From Penicillus capitatus (Eukaryota > Plantae > Chlorophyta), in NCBI GenBank assembly GCA_965649825.1, contig OZ287710.1, forward strand, positions 124,001 through 188,000: a DNA stretch of 64,000 bases, written 5' to 3'. This document shows positions 1 through 13,242 of this stretch, in pieces. Positions within the stretch are counted from its first letter, which is position 1, and every line of letters starts with the position of its first letter. The notes below the pieces were generated by a model. The model ran no database searches. It worked only from the letters and a program-made list of their open reading frames with translations, and was not told the DNA's origin. The position numbers were made by a program, and so were the translations under genes.

Positions 1-72
1 GTGCCCTTTACGTCTCGGTAGTACTTCGGTTCCTGTCTCTCTGCCACAGAGGCGTCTGAAATTTACGTGTAG

Positions 73-1648
73 TATTTGGAAGAGACTCCTCAGGAAGCAT
101 ACTTCAGAAAAGTGCAGACGGCACGGGTTCGTAAGAAGAATGCAGAGCTGCATTCGCTGCGATGTGACATCGAGTTGAAATTGGGCGTTGCGAGAAAGTT
201 TATGGACGAGGAGCGATTGTACTTTCCACACAACATCGACTTCAGGCACATCGATCTCCTCCTGCGCTTCTCAAGATCTCTCTGCATAACAGGGGCCGAG
301 CCTATCCCATTCCGCCGCATCTGAATCACATCGGAAATGACATGTGTCGTGGACTGCTCCTTTTTGCAGATGCTCGGCCGCTCGGTAAAAATGGACTGGA
401 CTGGTTGTATATCCAGATTGCGAATCTCTATGGAGCGGGCGAGAATAAGAAGAGCATGAGAGATCGGCAGCAGTTTGGCATGAAGAGTCTGGATAAGATT
501 CTGGATTCAGCCAACGATCCGTTGGGCGGTTTGCAATGGTGGATGACAGCAGATTCTCCCTGGCAGCTTCTGGCCACGTGTATGGAGATCAGAGATGCTC
601 TCAACCATGACAATCCAGAAACGTTCCTCAGTCGAATGCACGTTCATCAGGTCCACCCATCTCTCTCCTGAATCGGATAAGTCATGGAATGCGTTTGCGG
701 TACAGGACGGATCTTGCAACGGACTTCAGCATTATGCTGCACTGAGTAAAGATGCATCGGGTGCCGAGGCCGTCAACCTAAGACAGGGAGAACGGCCAAA
801 TGATGTTTACACGAAGCTGTCCAAAAGCGTCAAGAAAACAGTGGAAGAGGATGCGGCGGCGGGGCATAAGTATGCCCAGATTCTGGATGGTCATGTCGAT
901 CGGAAACTGGTCAAACAGACCGTGATGACATCTGTCTACGGCGTCACCTTTGTCGGCGCCCGTCAGCAAATTGAGAATCGATTGAGAGAACGGGGATGGG
1001 AAGACAACAGAGAGCTCTTTTATATATCGGCCTATGCTGCCAGGGTCACGCTGAGAGGACTGCACGAGATGTTCAAAAATGCCAAGGATGTGATGCATTG
1101 GCTGGCATCCTGTGCCGAGAAAATCGCATCGACTGGGCGCATTGTGTCATGGACAACGCCCCTTGGCCTCCCTGTGGGTCAGCCTTACCGCAATACAGTA
1201 CATAACGCGTGTATTCAACTGACCCAATACGCTTGTACGCTTCTAGGATAAGCACTCTGTCAAGACAGTGGTGCAGACGGTCTCTTTGGCAAAGCATGAG
1301 AGAGATATGCCCATTCTGAAGCGCCGGCAGCGAACGGCCTTTCCACCCAACTATGTCCACTCCATCGATTCCACACACATGATGCTGACCGCCATAGAAT
1401 GCTATCGACAGAATGTGACCTTTGCAGGCGTGCACGATTCTTTTTGGACCCATGCTGGCAGCGTCGACGCGCTGAATCGAATCCTTCGGGAGCAGTTCTA
1501 TGAACTGCATTCGAGGCCGTTGATCCAAGAACTCCGGGAACAGTTTCAGGAGGCATACAAAGACACGGGCGTGGAGTTCCCTCCTGTTCCCGAGAACGGC
1601 GATTTCGATCTGAAAGAGATCTTGGATGCCCAGTACTTCTTTAACTGA
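73..1648 (+). CDS. RPOT: Organellar (mito/plastid) T7-like single-subunit RNA polymerase, 3' part (gene starts upstream of window)
   Basis: Spliced frame gives [45 protein letters not shown] (motif A), RKLVKQTVMTSVYG (motif B), AFPPNYVHSIDSTH, VHDSFWTH (motif C), ending QYFFN*. Introns at 246-292 (GC-AG), ~651-706 and ~1198-1246. Confidence 0.97.
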
Positions 1649-1784
1649 GGATTGGGATGATCGGCATCATCTCTCATAGATGGAGCGATTTGAACAATGC
1701 ATGTCATCGCACATTTTCACTGTAGAAATCAAAAACTCAAAGGACACAAAGAATCCAACAGCCAGGCCAAAAAATCCACGACGT

Positions 1785-2579
1785 CTACGTGGAAGGTGCT
1801 TTTGCTTTTAAGTCGTTAGCGATTCGTCCCAATTGTCCCTTAACGGACATGTCGATTTGATCGGAGTCAAACTCCACGACAAAGCCTCCGATGAGACTGG
1901 GATCTAAAGCAGGCTTCAGTTTTACATTCTTCGCTCCGCTGAGCTTCTGTAGCTTCTTAGCAATTTCGTACTGCGCCGCTTCACCCAACGGTTGAGCCGA
2001 TTTCAAAACCGCGACCTAAATCCAAGAGATCTCTCACTCAAAACCGCCATCTCTCACTTGGGTATCTCTCTCACTTGTGTCTCGGTCATCTGACAGTAAT
2101 ACTCTTCGAAGCCTTCGCAGATGTCGGGCAGCATATCGGTTCGGCCTTTCTCCGCGACAAGGCGGATAAAGCTCTCTGTCTGTTCATGAAACCTCCCTTT
2201 TTGGCAGATGGCAGTTAACACCTCTTCTATTTGCTCCTCAGCCACCGATGGCGTCGACAGAAATTCTTGTAAGTCGCTGGACTCTCTAATGATCCCTGCG
2301 AGTCGATCCATATCGGAATGGATCTCTTCGAGTTTGCTTTCGGATTCGGCAAGCGTCGCCAGTGCATTCGCATAGGACGCCACCACTTCGTTGTTTTCAG
2401 CCTGTATGACGACCTTTGCAACGCGGGTGGCGTTTCGAAGAGGGACACACCATGAGCACGATCCGTCGTGCCTCGCGGTATCGGCGACAGGGACGACGGA
2501 AAGGAAGGGCAATGCTAGATGCCCTAGATGCTACCGGCATATGGGTTGCCGCGCGGCTGACGGGACACTTGAGCAGCAT
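1785..2579 (-). CDS. atpD: Chloroplast ATP synthase CF1 delta subunit with transit peptide
   Basis: Exon 1 MLLKCPVSRAA...RRIVLM is transit-like. Intron 2450-2402, then VVASYANAL..., KLKPALDPSLIGGFVVEF..QIDMSVKGQL. Confidence 0.93.
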
Positions 2580-2690
2580 CTTCGCGTTCGCGGCAACGTG
2601 CGTTCAATCCAAACACAGAAGAACAAATTAGACGCCAAGACACTACTGCAGATCTCCAGACGTCCCATCACCTATTCTCTGTCTGGTCCA

Positions 2691-3032
2691 ATGAGTTCCT
2701 CTATTGGCATGCGTCTCGTGGTGGCCGATAACTCGGGGCTGCGTATTGTCAAGTGTATACAGAAGGCATTGAAGGTCGGCGACATTGTCAAAGTCGTCAC
2801 CGTACGCAGCAGTAAACAAATGGCGAAGATGCACAAGGCAGTGCTCATCTCGACGAAGAAGCCCTTCCGTCGCGCCGATGGCAGCCACGTGCGATTTGAT
2901 ACGAACTCCTGCGTCATTCTGGACGATAAGGGATCGCCGATCGCCAATCGCGTGACGGCGCCGATACCGTATGAACTTCGAACAAAGCAGATGGCGAAAC
3001 TCTTCTCGTTGTCCAAGTTTAAACCGATATGA
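2691..3032 (+). CDS. RPL14: Ribosomal protein uL14, probably mitochondrial, intronless
   Basis: LVVADNSG, RRADGSHVRFDTNSCVILDDKGSPIANRVTAPIPYELR are uL14 signatures. Start codon uncertain (2541/2691/2709). Confidence 0.88.
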   Translation: MSSSIGMRLVVADNSGLRIVKCIQKALKVGDIVKVVTVRSSKQMAKMHKAVLISTKKPFRRADGSHVRFDTNSCVILDDKGSPIANRVTAPIPYELRTKQMAKLFSLSKFKPI

Positions 3033-3054
3033 CGTTTCTCACACTTTTGAAATG

Positions 3055-4032
3055 TCACTCTTCTGACAAAGGCATCTCCTCTGAAGTGCGAGGTTTGACA
3101 AAACGGGAACCCCGTGAGCCGTCGTCCTCCTCGTCTCCCCAGCTGGTGTACTCTTTCTTCGTTTTGGGTACATGCAGCAGGCTGCCGTCGATTTTGATGC
3201 CGGCGTCATCACCACCCACAATATGATCGATCAGTCCATACTCCTTGGACTCGAGGGGTGACATATAGCGATCGCGATCAGTATCCTCTTCAATCTTCTC
3301 AACAGGCTGACCTGTGTAGTCGGCCATGATGCGATTGATATTGGCTTTGTGAAACATGATCTCCCGTGCCTGGGCGCATAAAAATGCATAAAAAGAAGGG
3401 AGGAGGGAGCGGACTTGGATTTCAATGTCTGCTGCCGGACCGCTGGCACCACCGAGTGGCTGATGAATCATGATCCTGGCATTCGGCATGCTGAAGCGCT
3501 TTCCTCTGGCGCCGGCGCCCAGGAGAAAGGCACCCATCGATGCCGCCAGGCCAAAACAGTACGTCGCAACATCTGCCTTGCACAGCATCATGCCATCATA
3601 GATCCCCATTCCAGCCGTTACCGACCCGCCTACACAGCAAGCAGATCACACTTGATCACTCTTCCCTGATGTGACACCTGGTGAATTGATAAAGAGTTTG
3701 ATGTCTTTCGTCGAGTCAAGAGAATCCAATAAGAGCAACTGACTGACGATCGCATCCGCCACGAAATCATTCACTTCGCCTCCCAAGAAAACGATGCGCT
3801 GTTTGAGTAGCAGTCCAAAAGGATCGCCGCCCAAGTCCTGTGTTCGCGGAGCCAAGATCGGCTGTCCTTGCGCCTGGAGCACATGTGGGGCGGGACGTTT
3901 GACAGACGGAGTCTTGTGTCGCGTTCCGCGCGTAGTCGACCGGACAAACGCACAGGGTGTTGCCCGTTGGGGTATCAAACGTGAGGACACCCGAGTATTG
4001 CGCTGCGACGCAACCACGGAGCGTTGAGCCAT
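3055..4032 (-). CDS. CLPP: ATP-dependent Clp protease proteolytic subunit, plastid ClpP type
   Basis: Transit-like N-terminus, then [31 protein letters not shown] (catalytic Ser), [10 protein letters not shown] (His), DTDRDRYMS (Asp). Confidence 0.96.
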
Positions 4033-4115
4033 CTCTTGACGTAACCTGCGCAAAATGTGAAGACAATCGTGAAGGAACCACGCGTCATCCAGCTCCAAAC
4101 GTCCACTCGTCTGCC

Positions 4116-4642
4116 ATGGTGACGAAAGGCATCGGTATTCCTATCAAACTGCTTCACGAGTCCGAAGGCCACGTTGTCACGGTCGCTGCTCACGTCACTA
4201 CCTCAGCCGAACGTACCAACACCATGCTTGACGCCCAGGTCGAGCTCAAGAGTGGAGAGACGTATCGTGGCGATCTGCATGATGCCGAAGACAATTGGAA
4301 TGTCCAGCTGACCGATGTCACTGCGACAGCACGCGTTCGTTTTACCGTGTGTACGGATAGAGTCCGTCGTCAATGGGTGTTTGTTCGTGCAGGATGGTAA
4401 GGTTTCTCATTTGGATCACATGTTCATCCGTGGCAGTCGAATCCGTTTCATCATTGTACCAGAGATGCTCAAGAACGCGCCGATGTTTAAGAGAATCGAT
4501 CCGAAGCATCGCGTAAGTGTGATGTCACACTTTATATCACCGAACGCGATGTTGTCTGCAGGGAAAGAATATTGCGATGGGAGTGGGCGGCCGAGGTCGA
4601 GCAGCTGCGGCCCGTGCCACTCTCAAAGCCACTCGTCGATAA
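4116..4642 (+). CDS. SmD3: Small nuclear ribonucleoprotein Sm D3
   Basis: [16 protein letters not shown]|[11 protein letters not shown]...[29 protein letters not shown]-rich tail; three introns. Confidence 0.97.
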
Positions 4643-5030
4643 GAGTCCAGCTCACTGTCATGTCGGCTCAATGATGGGACGTTAAGCGAGATGGCAGCTG
4701 ACTGTGTATTCTGAGAACGAACCCCCGCCTTCTCCGCCGGCTTTCAACAGCGTCTGTTAACTCTTGTCTTCCAGCGTCAGGCACTACGTCGCGTGCCTGC
4801 GTTACGTCGTTTTTTCTTCACTCGGCGTCCCGTCAGCGTCTTTGCGTCGAGACGCATCTCAGCGGTTTCGTTGTTTCGTGAGACCCTCGTTTCATATACA
4901 ACTACGCGATGTATGCTCCAGTCGGTCAGCAAGAAAGTGGAGTCGAACAAATAACGAACGAACCTAATTGGTAACCTCCCCCACGTTCCGCGGCGTGACG
5001 CCGCAGCGTCCTCCGTGACGTCGGATCTTT

Positions 5031-7351
5031 ATGGGTGTCCGTTCTAGGCGCTCGGACTACGAAAGAGAGTATAGCAAGTACATCGATCCCAGTGTCCTCC
5101 AGCAGTTAGAGGAGCTTCCACGCGCCACTTCGGCGCCACCTCACTTACAGGACAGAATAGGCGCCGTACAATGAACATGCTTTCGACAGACGAAAGGATT
5201 TAGTCAACGACGTGTAGGGCTCTGCGGATATTCTGGGTCGCGTCTCGACGTTAGAAGGCGTTGACAGTTTCACAGATATTCGCTACGACGAAGACTATGC
5301 TGCCTTCTATGAACTAACAGCGAACAAGGAACATCTACCTCCACCTGTGGACGGGAATACGCTCTACAATGACATGCAAACGTACATGGTGCAACAGCAG
5401 TACAAGGACAGTGCTGCTTTTCCTGGCGCACCGCGCTTTGGCGCTCCATCTAATGCACATGGTCTGGGTATGGGACTGGGGAGCCAACCCAGTCTTGGCA
5501 GAGGTGAGAAAGAGTGAGAAGAAGTGTGATGTGACAGGATGGTTGGTTCTACAGGATTAGAAACTGTGGAAGAACAGCCGCGTAAATTGGTTGTGGACGA
5601 GTCCTTTGAAGAGGCGCTGAATCAACTTCAAATCGGAGGCGAAATTCAAAGACCCGGTTCTCAACCAGCACCTAATCTCCTGCAAGGTGATACCCGACTG
5701 CCTTGTGCCTCTCTCACTGATGTCGTTCTCTGCAGCGGCCATTGCCGCAGGAGCAGGTCACATCAGAAGCGCCTCGGCCTTTCCGCGTTTCGACGTGGAT
5801 GGGTTTCCAGGCATGACAACAAATGCTCCTATGCCGACGTCCAGTCCAGGTGTGGCACCTCCGGCGGCAGGGACAGATGGATTCGGTGGTGCTTCTATGC
5901 AGCCGCAGAACAACAATATGTTTCCAACTCCTGCTCAGCTCGATCTGCACGCTGCTTATCAAGCTGCTTACCAGGCTGCCCTTATGCAGTCTCAGAGCAA
6001 TCCGCAGATGGTGATGCCGCAACCTGGAATGAATATGGGAGCCAATTCGTTTGGCAATGGCATACCGCAGCGTGGAATAAAGCACGATCGTTCCGTAGCC
6101 CAAACGCGAGACCCATCCGTGCAAACATACTACAATCCGCAACATCCTGTTCCTCAACAACCGCAGCAGCCTCAGCAACCAATGGATTACAATCGAGCAG
6201 CACCGAGATATGATGTCTATTCAGCAGATGAGACGCCATCTGGCCCCACAGATCAACGCGGTGGACGTGGAAAGCGCTACAATCGACGCGATATGCGTGA
6301 AAGAGAACGTGAGATGAACTACGGTGGCGGCGCTGGCGGCGGCGATGCTTACTTCGACAGTCAGTATTTTAAATTTAACTCCATTGATGAAGTGGTGGGT
6401 CAGGTGATGCAAGTCGCCCAGGATCAGCATGGCTGTCGCTATCTCCAGAGAAAATTTGACGAAGGTCGTGCGCAGACAATTGCCTGTGTCTTCCCAGAGA
6501 TTCTGGAGAATATTGTTCATCTCATGAAAGACCCCTTTGGAAACTACTTGATTCAGAAACTACTGGATAAATGTTCAGAAGAGCAAAGAACTGAAGTCGT
6601 GAAAGCTGTTGCAGAGAAAGGAGAATTGGTGACGATTGCTTTATCGACCCACGGAACTCGCGCTGTCCAAAAACTCATCGAGACACTCAACACAAAAGAG
6701 CAACGCACATTGGCCATCACTGCCCTGAAGCCAGGAGTGGTGCACTTGATCAAAGATCTGAATGGAAACCACGTCGTGCAGCGTTGCCTGCAGCGCCTAG
6801 GACCAGAAGATTCTCAGTTCATCTACGATGCCGCAATCGGCTGCTGCGTCGAGATTGCCTCGCATCGTCATGGCTGCTGTGTGCTTCAGAGATGCATTGA
6901 CTTTGCAACACACGACCAAAGAAAGAGCATGATCATGGAAATCTCTTCCAATGCCTTGATCCTGAGTCAGGATGCATTTGGTAACTACGTTGTGCAGTAC
7001 GTGCTGGATCTTGGCCAAACAGATGCCTCCCAGCATATTATGACGAATCTCATGGGGCATTATTCAGAGTTAGCTGTACAGAAATTCTCATCCAATGTGG
7101 TCGAAAAATGCCTGAAGCTTGGAGGATTGGACGATGCCAGAGAACGGATCATTCGTGAGCTCATGCACTCTCCAAGTCTCCCCCGTTTGCTGCAAGATCC
7201 ATACGGCAACTACGTCATCCAAAGTGCACTGACGGTTACAAGTGGATCCTTGCATCAATCACTCGTCGAATGCATTCGGCCCTTTCTCCCATCTCTCAGA
7301 GGCACGCCTCACGGAAAAAGAATCCTTCAAAAAGTGCGTGATACCCTCTAG
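5031..7351 (+). CDS. Pumilio/PUF RNA-binding protein (APUM7-12/Puf4-5-like), 8 PUM repeats
   Basis: N-terminal RATSAPP and DIRYDEDYAAFY...LPPP motifs in exons missed by the ORF track. Repeats DQHGCRYLQ, DPFGNYLIQ, HGTRAVQ, DLNGNHVVQ, HRHGCCVLQ, DAFGNYVVQ, QKFSSNVVE, DPYGNYVIQ. The TRM code predicts roughly UGUAUAUA (inference). Confidence 0.96.
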
Positions 7352-8059
7352 CATCGACCCGGCCATCTGTATCCTGTCTCATGGTGTGGTGGGTTGTGCA
7401 GGTATTGGCTTCTTTAAAGGATCCTTTTCAGCCTTAAATGCATTACGTGAAGAGACAAGGCATAGGGGATTATGGGTTGTGACGTTTCATTGTTTGCTCG
7501 GTTTGTGGATCTTGATAATCGAGGTGCTTTCTTACTGAATAAGAGTGCCGAGATGGTCAGTATTTTGTGCATGTGTCAAGTGGGACTCTCTTCAGGTTTA
7601 GCCATTTCTGGGAGGTTCAGATCAACTGTCATCGTTCACATGTCCATGATGAATTCGATTCACCAAGATTTTCTCTCGATTAAGAGAATGAAACATTCTC
7701 TCGACAGAGCTTTTGCTTCGGACGTGTAAGAAACCGTGCTCTGGAGAGTCCTCCTTTTGCTGAAAGGGATGCATTTATTCGCAGCAGCCTGACGGTGTTC
7801 TCTATTGTTATGTCTATGTGCAACACGTAAGATTTGTGTCATTTCAAGACTTGGAAGTGTATCTGATGATTCATGCACAGAAAAGCGTGAGTGTGTCTGT
7901 AAGGACCTTTGTGTAATGCCAAACTCCATGCTTTTAAGAAAGCACCATCTACATCGCCCTTCATTTAAAGCAAGCATTTAACACATGACTGGCTGTCCGT
8001 CACACATGTGAGATAGATACACCATCACACATCCCTCATGCCTTCATTCCTGCCTTTCT

Positions 8060-9062
8060 TTAGTCATCATCTTCGTCCATGTCTTCGTCCTGGATCTTGG
8101 GCGCCAGGTAATACGTAATGTGTCCAATTTCGTGCATGGTGTATTCGACTGCCAAAGGCTGCTCGTCTGCCAGACGCAGAATGACGCGACTGGTCAATGG
8201 AGCGGCTTTGGTGAAACTGTGCAAGTACTTTGCCGAAAAGGGCAACGAAACAGGCGACTCCATCTCAATACAGATATCATCGGTCTCCTACATGAAAACA
8301 GCTGTTTGGTTTCGTATTCTCTCCTGAAAGGTGCATACCATGTCTCCTGAAGTGTAGGGAGGCAGTGTGATTTCGGCATTGCCAATATCTCCTGTTGTTG
8401 AGAATCCGACTCCCTCTTTGGAAACGGAGATGATAACTGCAAACAGAGAGCACAACGCAGAATGGTATTGTTACTTCCAGATCATCACAGATCATCTCAC
8501 TTGAATCGCCGATTCCGCTCAGATCCCGAACCACACGGAGAAACTCTGAGGACGGCATGCCGACAGTGACGGCATAACTGGTGTCCGGAACTGCCAGCTG
8601 CTCGGCGTCGATATCCATAAGAGAGAGCTCAAATTTCGAAAGCCTTCGACTCTCTAATCCATCATTTCTCACACTTTTCTCACTCTTATGCCCACGCACC
8701 TTGATTTTCGATCGAAAAATGCACTTTGTCTTTTCCTTCTTCCGCCTTGATGCAGACGACGTCGTTGTTGTCGCAACATTTGAGAAGTTTACTCAAACTC
8801 CCAACAGAGATCCCTGCACACGTCTGACGCCGTGTCGTCGTACGTTGCTGCACTTGCCTAAACTGCGGTTCTTATCGCAGCGAAAGTGGTCAAACGCGTC
8901 TTGGCGCAGAAGAAGTGAGACAAGGGCGATGTGTGACGAGTCCATGGCGTGAAGGCCGAACCCAGCGGCAGTACAGTCGAAGTTTGCCGAAGTAACGAGA
9001 TCTTTGACGGATTCGAGGATCTTCTTTAAGAGACCGACTTGCAAAAGCCTTGCCTCAAACAT
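8060..9062 (-). CDS. PCNA: Proliferating cell nuclear antigen (divergent)
   Basis: [52 protein letters not shown] (K164 equivalent), YYLAPKI; first intron 8857-8814 is GC-AG. Confidence 0.96.
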
Positions 9063-9293
9063 GGTGACAACACGTTCCGAATGCGATGATCGTCGCGGTG
9101 ACTTGTGCACGTTGGAAAATGTGCGGAACGAATTTCTGTTGTCGACGTCGCTTCGTCAAATCGTAATGACGCCGATCATTTCGTGCGTTCGTTATCCTAT
9201 CGGAAGACGGCAGATGCGATCCGTGATGTGACGTCGCAGAAACGAGGCGAGTAAGGTCATAAGGGACAAAGATCGGTGCGCGCACCGCTTGAT

Positions 9294-12200
9294 TCAAGGC
9301 AAAATGACGTCCTGCTTGTGGTGCCACTCGTTTAGAATGGCCGACGATTCCGGAAAAGTCTCTTGGATGGCTCTGAATGTGCTCAAGTGCTCGATCTTGC
9401 GGTAGGCATCTGGGAGCGCACTCGCCTCCGGCCGTTCCTGATGACGGGGACAGATGACACAAACCGACAACTTCTTTCGTCCAGTATTCGTCGGAGAGAA
9501 GTACTTTGCATAGCATTCCTGAAAAGCATACAGACGTTCCGGATCTCGGCATCTGAAGTGCAGATGCGAGTACCAGGAGATCGGCTTTGGTCAGCTGCTT
9601 GATCGCCTGAACTTCCTGTTGCTTCACATCGAATTCATAGCGTCGGGTGGTGATATGGTACCACACATTCCTAACCGTCTCTTTCAGATTCTTGTCCTTT
9701 TCGAGTTTTGTAGCGATCAATGCGTTACGGTGCTGCTCAAACTCGTCCGATGGCATTTCCATCTGTCACACATCGGCGATAAGACGAAAGGAAGGTACCG
9801 GATCGTTACGATAATTGTTTCGAGCGATTTGAGAAATTCCTCAACTCTCGCTTCGAGATGGTTCGGAGGAAAACGCTCGGATACAACGAAAACAGAGAAT
9901 CCTAACACGCCATATGTCAAACAGCACTGACTGTAGACGAGATACCCCAATTGCTCCTAAACAGACAACATAGATGATGACATGCTGCTGCGCAATACGA
10001 ACCTTCGTTCTCAAGGTATTGAAGCACGGCTCATCACAGATCTGTCCAATCATATCCAGCTTCGATCGCAGCATGAGATTATCTCGGTCGCACTGGAAGT
10101 AAGCTTCCAATGCACTGTTCTCTTCTTGGGGATTCTTGGAAGGCATCCTAGTAGACAGGACTACATAAAGCTGCTCTCTAGACGTGCCTCCTCACCAGAT
10201 CATCTGGTAGTCGGGTAACAGTTTGAGGCATTGGGGTAGTTGCCGATCCGTTGCTTTCAGTGTACAAGCACCGATCATTTGGCGTACCCCTCGACACAAC
10301 TCCAGCGCTTCTTGGGCGGTGACATTGCCATAGATGAGACTCTCGATGTGGACGTTCTCCAACAGCAATCTCCAATGCATCTGTGTGGAGAAGAGGGCGT
10401 GGATGATCGAGAAGCGTCAGGTGATCTTTACTTGTAGGTCATTGATTGTCAGAAGGCGAAGCGCTTCGAGGACTTCATCCACGTGCCATTCAGATGGTGT
10501 CAATGTGTGCTCCCTTAGATACTGAACGTGCTCTCCCACTTTCTTATTTTCATTCTCATGTACGCGCACCAATTCCTCCTTCCTCGTTGCAAAAGCTTTG
10601 GCATCGATCTGTCGACCAACAATCAAATCCACGCAAATATGTGAGAGATATGACTTGAGTGGCAGCGAAGGTTCGAAAGACGGACTGGATCAAGAGAGGG
10701 AGCTTTTCGGAGAAACCCAGGAAAGTAAACTCGACGCCCGTCAGATACTGATGGATCACACATTCCAGACGTGCCATTGAAGCCATGTAGCACTCCTCTG
10801 TCAACGTGTCATCGAGCACAGAGGCAAACAGAGCACAACACGCTGCTGCTTTGGGCGTTGCGTGAAACTTCATGCGCCCCGTTTCTGGATCCACAGACCC
10901 AGAGAGATGAAAGCGTGCACTCATTTTTGGAGTCTTGTGCAGAGAGTCGACCTTGTGCCACACTCTTAGACCTTCCCACATACAGAGATTGCGGATGACA
11001 GCAGCGAAGCGATGCGCATCCAACCCGATTCATCTGCGAGAAGGTTTGGTTTGATGAAGGACGGATGTGGACCTGCTCCGTGATCCGGATCGGCATGCAG
11101 TGTGAAATCGTGAGGTATATAAGGATTCCTACTCAAAGCAGTTGACAAAAGAGTGAGAGCAATTACTTCAGGGAGCACTTGGGTGGCAATTTTAGCTGCT
11201 CGACAGGTGGTTGCTCGTTGAAGGACTTCAGGAGCTCTGGATGTAATTGGCTCTGTATGTAGTGAAAGTCGTAGCGTGGATCGTGTCCCTGCTGTACAGT
11301 TGCGAATAGAGAGCGATCGTTTGTGTGGCCATTGGTCATGGAGGTCGCCATGGAATCGTATTCATGTGTCTGGAGATCAATTCTGAAACCTGAAGCTGTT
11401 GGATGCATCAACGCAATCAACTTGCAAATCTGCAGAGCGTCCCACGTCAGGTGAGGGAACAGGCAGAGAATGCGTGACCATATCAGGATCCCAGTCTTCG
11501 AACATGTAATCACACAGCACTTCATCGCCAGGCTCGACATGAAGCATGTTGACACAAAGCCTGCCATCGAATCGCATTGCTAGATGCGCCAGTAATGACA
11601 GCGGCTCACTCAGAAACGTAGTTTGACCCTTCGGTCTCCTCCAAGAACTTGACCTTGATCTTTTCCATGCTCTCCAGCTCGTTATAGATCCATTGCTGTG
11701 GTCCACGATCACGCAACATCTCGATATACTTGAAGAGCAACATGACAGGGGCTAATCCATAACCAGGATCTGCATTCAGTCCTGCATCTGTCAGTGACAT
11801 CGTGATCTCAAAGAGGTAAACACAGGAGTTGGCACTAAAGTCATCTTCAGATACTCCTGCCGACAGTTCAGTGGCCCAACCTCTCCTCTAAACACGCAAT
11901 GCATTCCATCACTATCAAGGCAGGCGCATTGGCCATGAACCTTGAGTTCAGAAAGAAGAGATCCTGGGCCTTCGTGGCCAATCAAGTGTGAGACATAGTG
12001 CTCGGCTTTCTTTCTGTATGCCGACATTAGACTTGGATACTGAAAGGTGACACAGATCTTGTGCATCTGATTGATGGATGGTAGAACAGACAGGGTTTGT
12101 CCCTTCAGTCCATTTTCAGCAGGAGAGAGAGCGAAATTGAGAGTCCACTTCAAATGGATGCTCGGTGTCTTTGAACGAGATGGGTGGTCCCAATCCGAAA

Positions 12201-13234
12201 GAGACGGAAGAGAAGAGCGAAACGACCCAGGACTGCATCTCTTCTAAAGATGCCCCTCCCAGCACCGCCAATCGCATTCTCTCTGCCGAATAGTGTGACC
12301 TACAAACCATTTCAGTCTGTCTCACTCATCCAGACTTAGCATCTGGATCAGACTTATAAAATCGAAGGAGTGCCTCTCGTACGAGGATGCCCTTCGACGT
12401 CGGTTCATCTTTCAGTGACGCCTTGTTTCCGTGATGGAACTTTGCGTAGACATGTCCCTTCTTTGCCTGCGGTCAAGTAGACGCACACAGAAGGAGATGA
12501 TCATCACATCTCACGCTGTTCTGCATGAGGCTCTCGAGTCTCCAAGTGTCGTCCTGTCGAGCCAAAGCGAATTCGGAATCCACTGCCAGGACCTCGCGAT
12601 CCAATGAGTCCTCCAAACACAGAGGCGAAACAAAAAACTGCGCAAATCGATCCATAGCCCCATGCAATGCCGATCCATTGACTTTGAAGTAGTAAACAGT
12701 GCATTCCTGATTTGGCCACCTCTCAATTCAGCTATTCCAACAGATGCATCATCCATACCCTGTCTGTAAATGCATTTGTGAATCCTCCGTTCTGCTGTAT
12801 GTATTCATCGTAGGCATTTTCATCTGGGAATTTCTCGCTCCCCATAAAAAGCATATGCTCCAGATAGTGTGCCAATCCCTAGAGGAGTGAGGTCAGAATT
12901 CTCACGCCAAGGGAAATGTCGCACTTCATGATCCTCAGGATCAGAAAAGCTACCCACACCGACGGACATGGCTACGGCTGCCTTCTTGGAAGGCCCTTCA
13001 TCGTCCGAGTCGTCCGAGTCCAGACTCATGGCACGACCATCTGTCTCCTGCTGTGTACGTCACGTCAGAGAGGGGGCGGTACTCGATGGATCAACAGACG
13101 GGCGTTGGTTCATGAGACGCGCCAGAAGAAATCTCTGGGTCATAGATGAGAAGCGCCTGCAGTCCATTTTCCAAAACGATCCGCTTGTAAAGACGTCTGT
13201 CGTTTGGCGATTTCTTCACTTCGACGTCCTCCAT
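9294..13234 (-). CDS. M16A insulinase/nardilysin-like zinc metallopeptidase
   Basis: MEDVEVKKSPNDRRLYKRIVLENGLQALLI, an acidic insert (DSDDSDDE), GVGSFSDP, GLAHYLEHMLFMGS (HxxEH), HLIGHEGPGSLLSELK, FNTLRTK; many introns. Confidence 0.94.
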
Positions 13235-13242
13235 GAATCAAA

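Noticed and set aside
73-1648. T7-like polymerase as a phage or viral insertion
   Set aside because: It has spliceosomal introns and sits among host genes; it is an ordinary nuclear-encoded organellar RpoT.
7352-8059. PUF autoregulatory elements or a hidden gene in the 700-bp gap
   Set aside because: No UGUA-N-AUA match found by eye, and the ORFs lack homology or splice support; probably two 3' UTRs.
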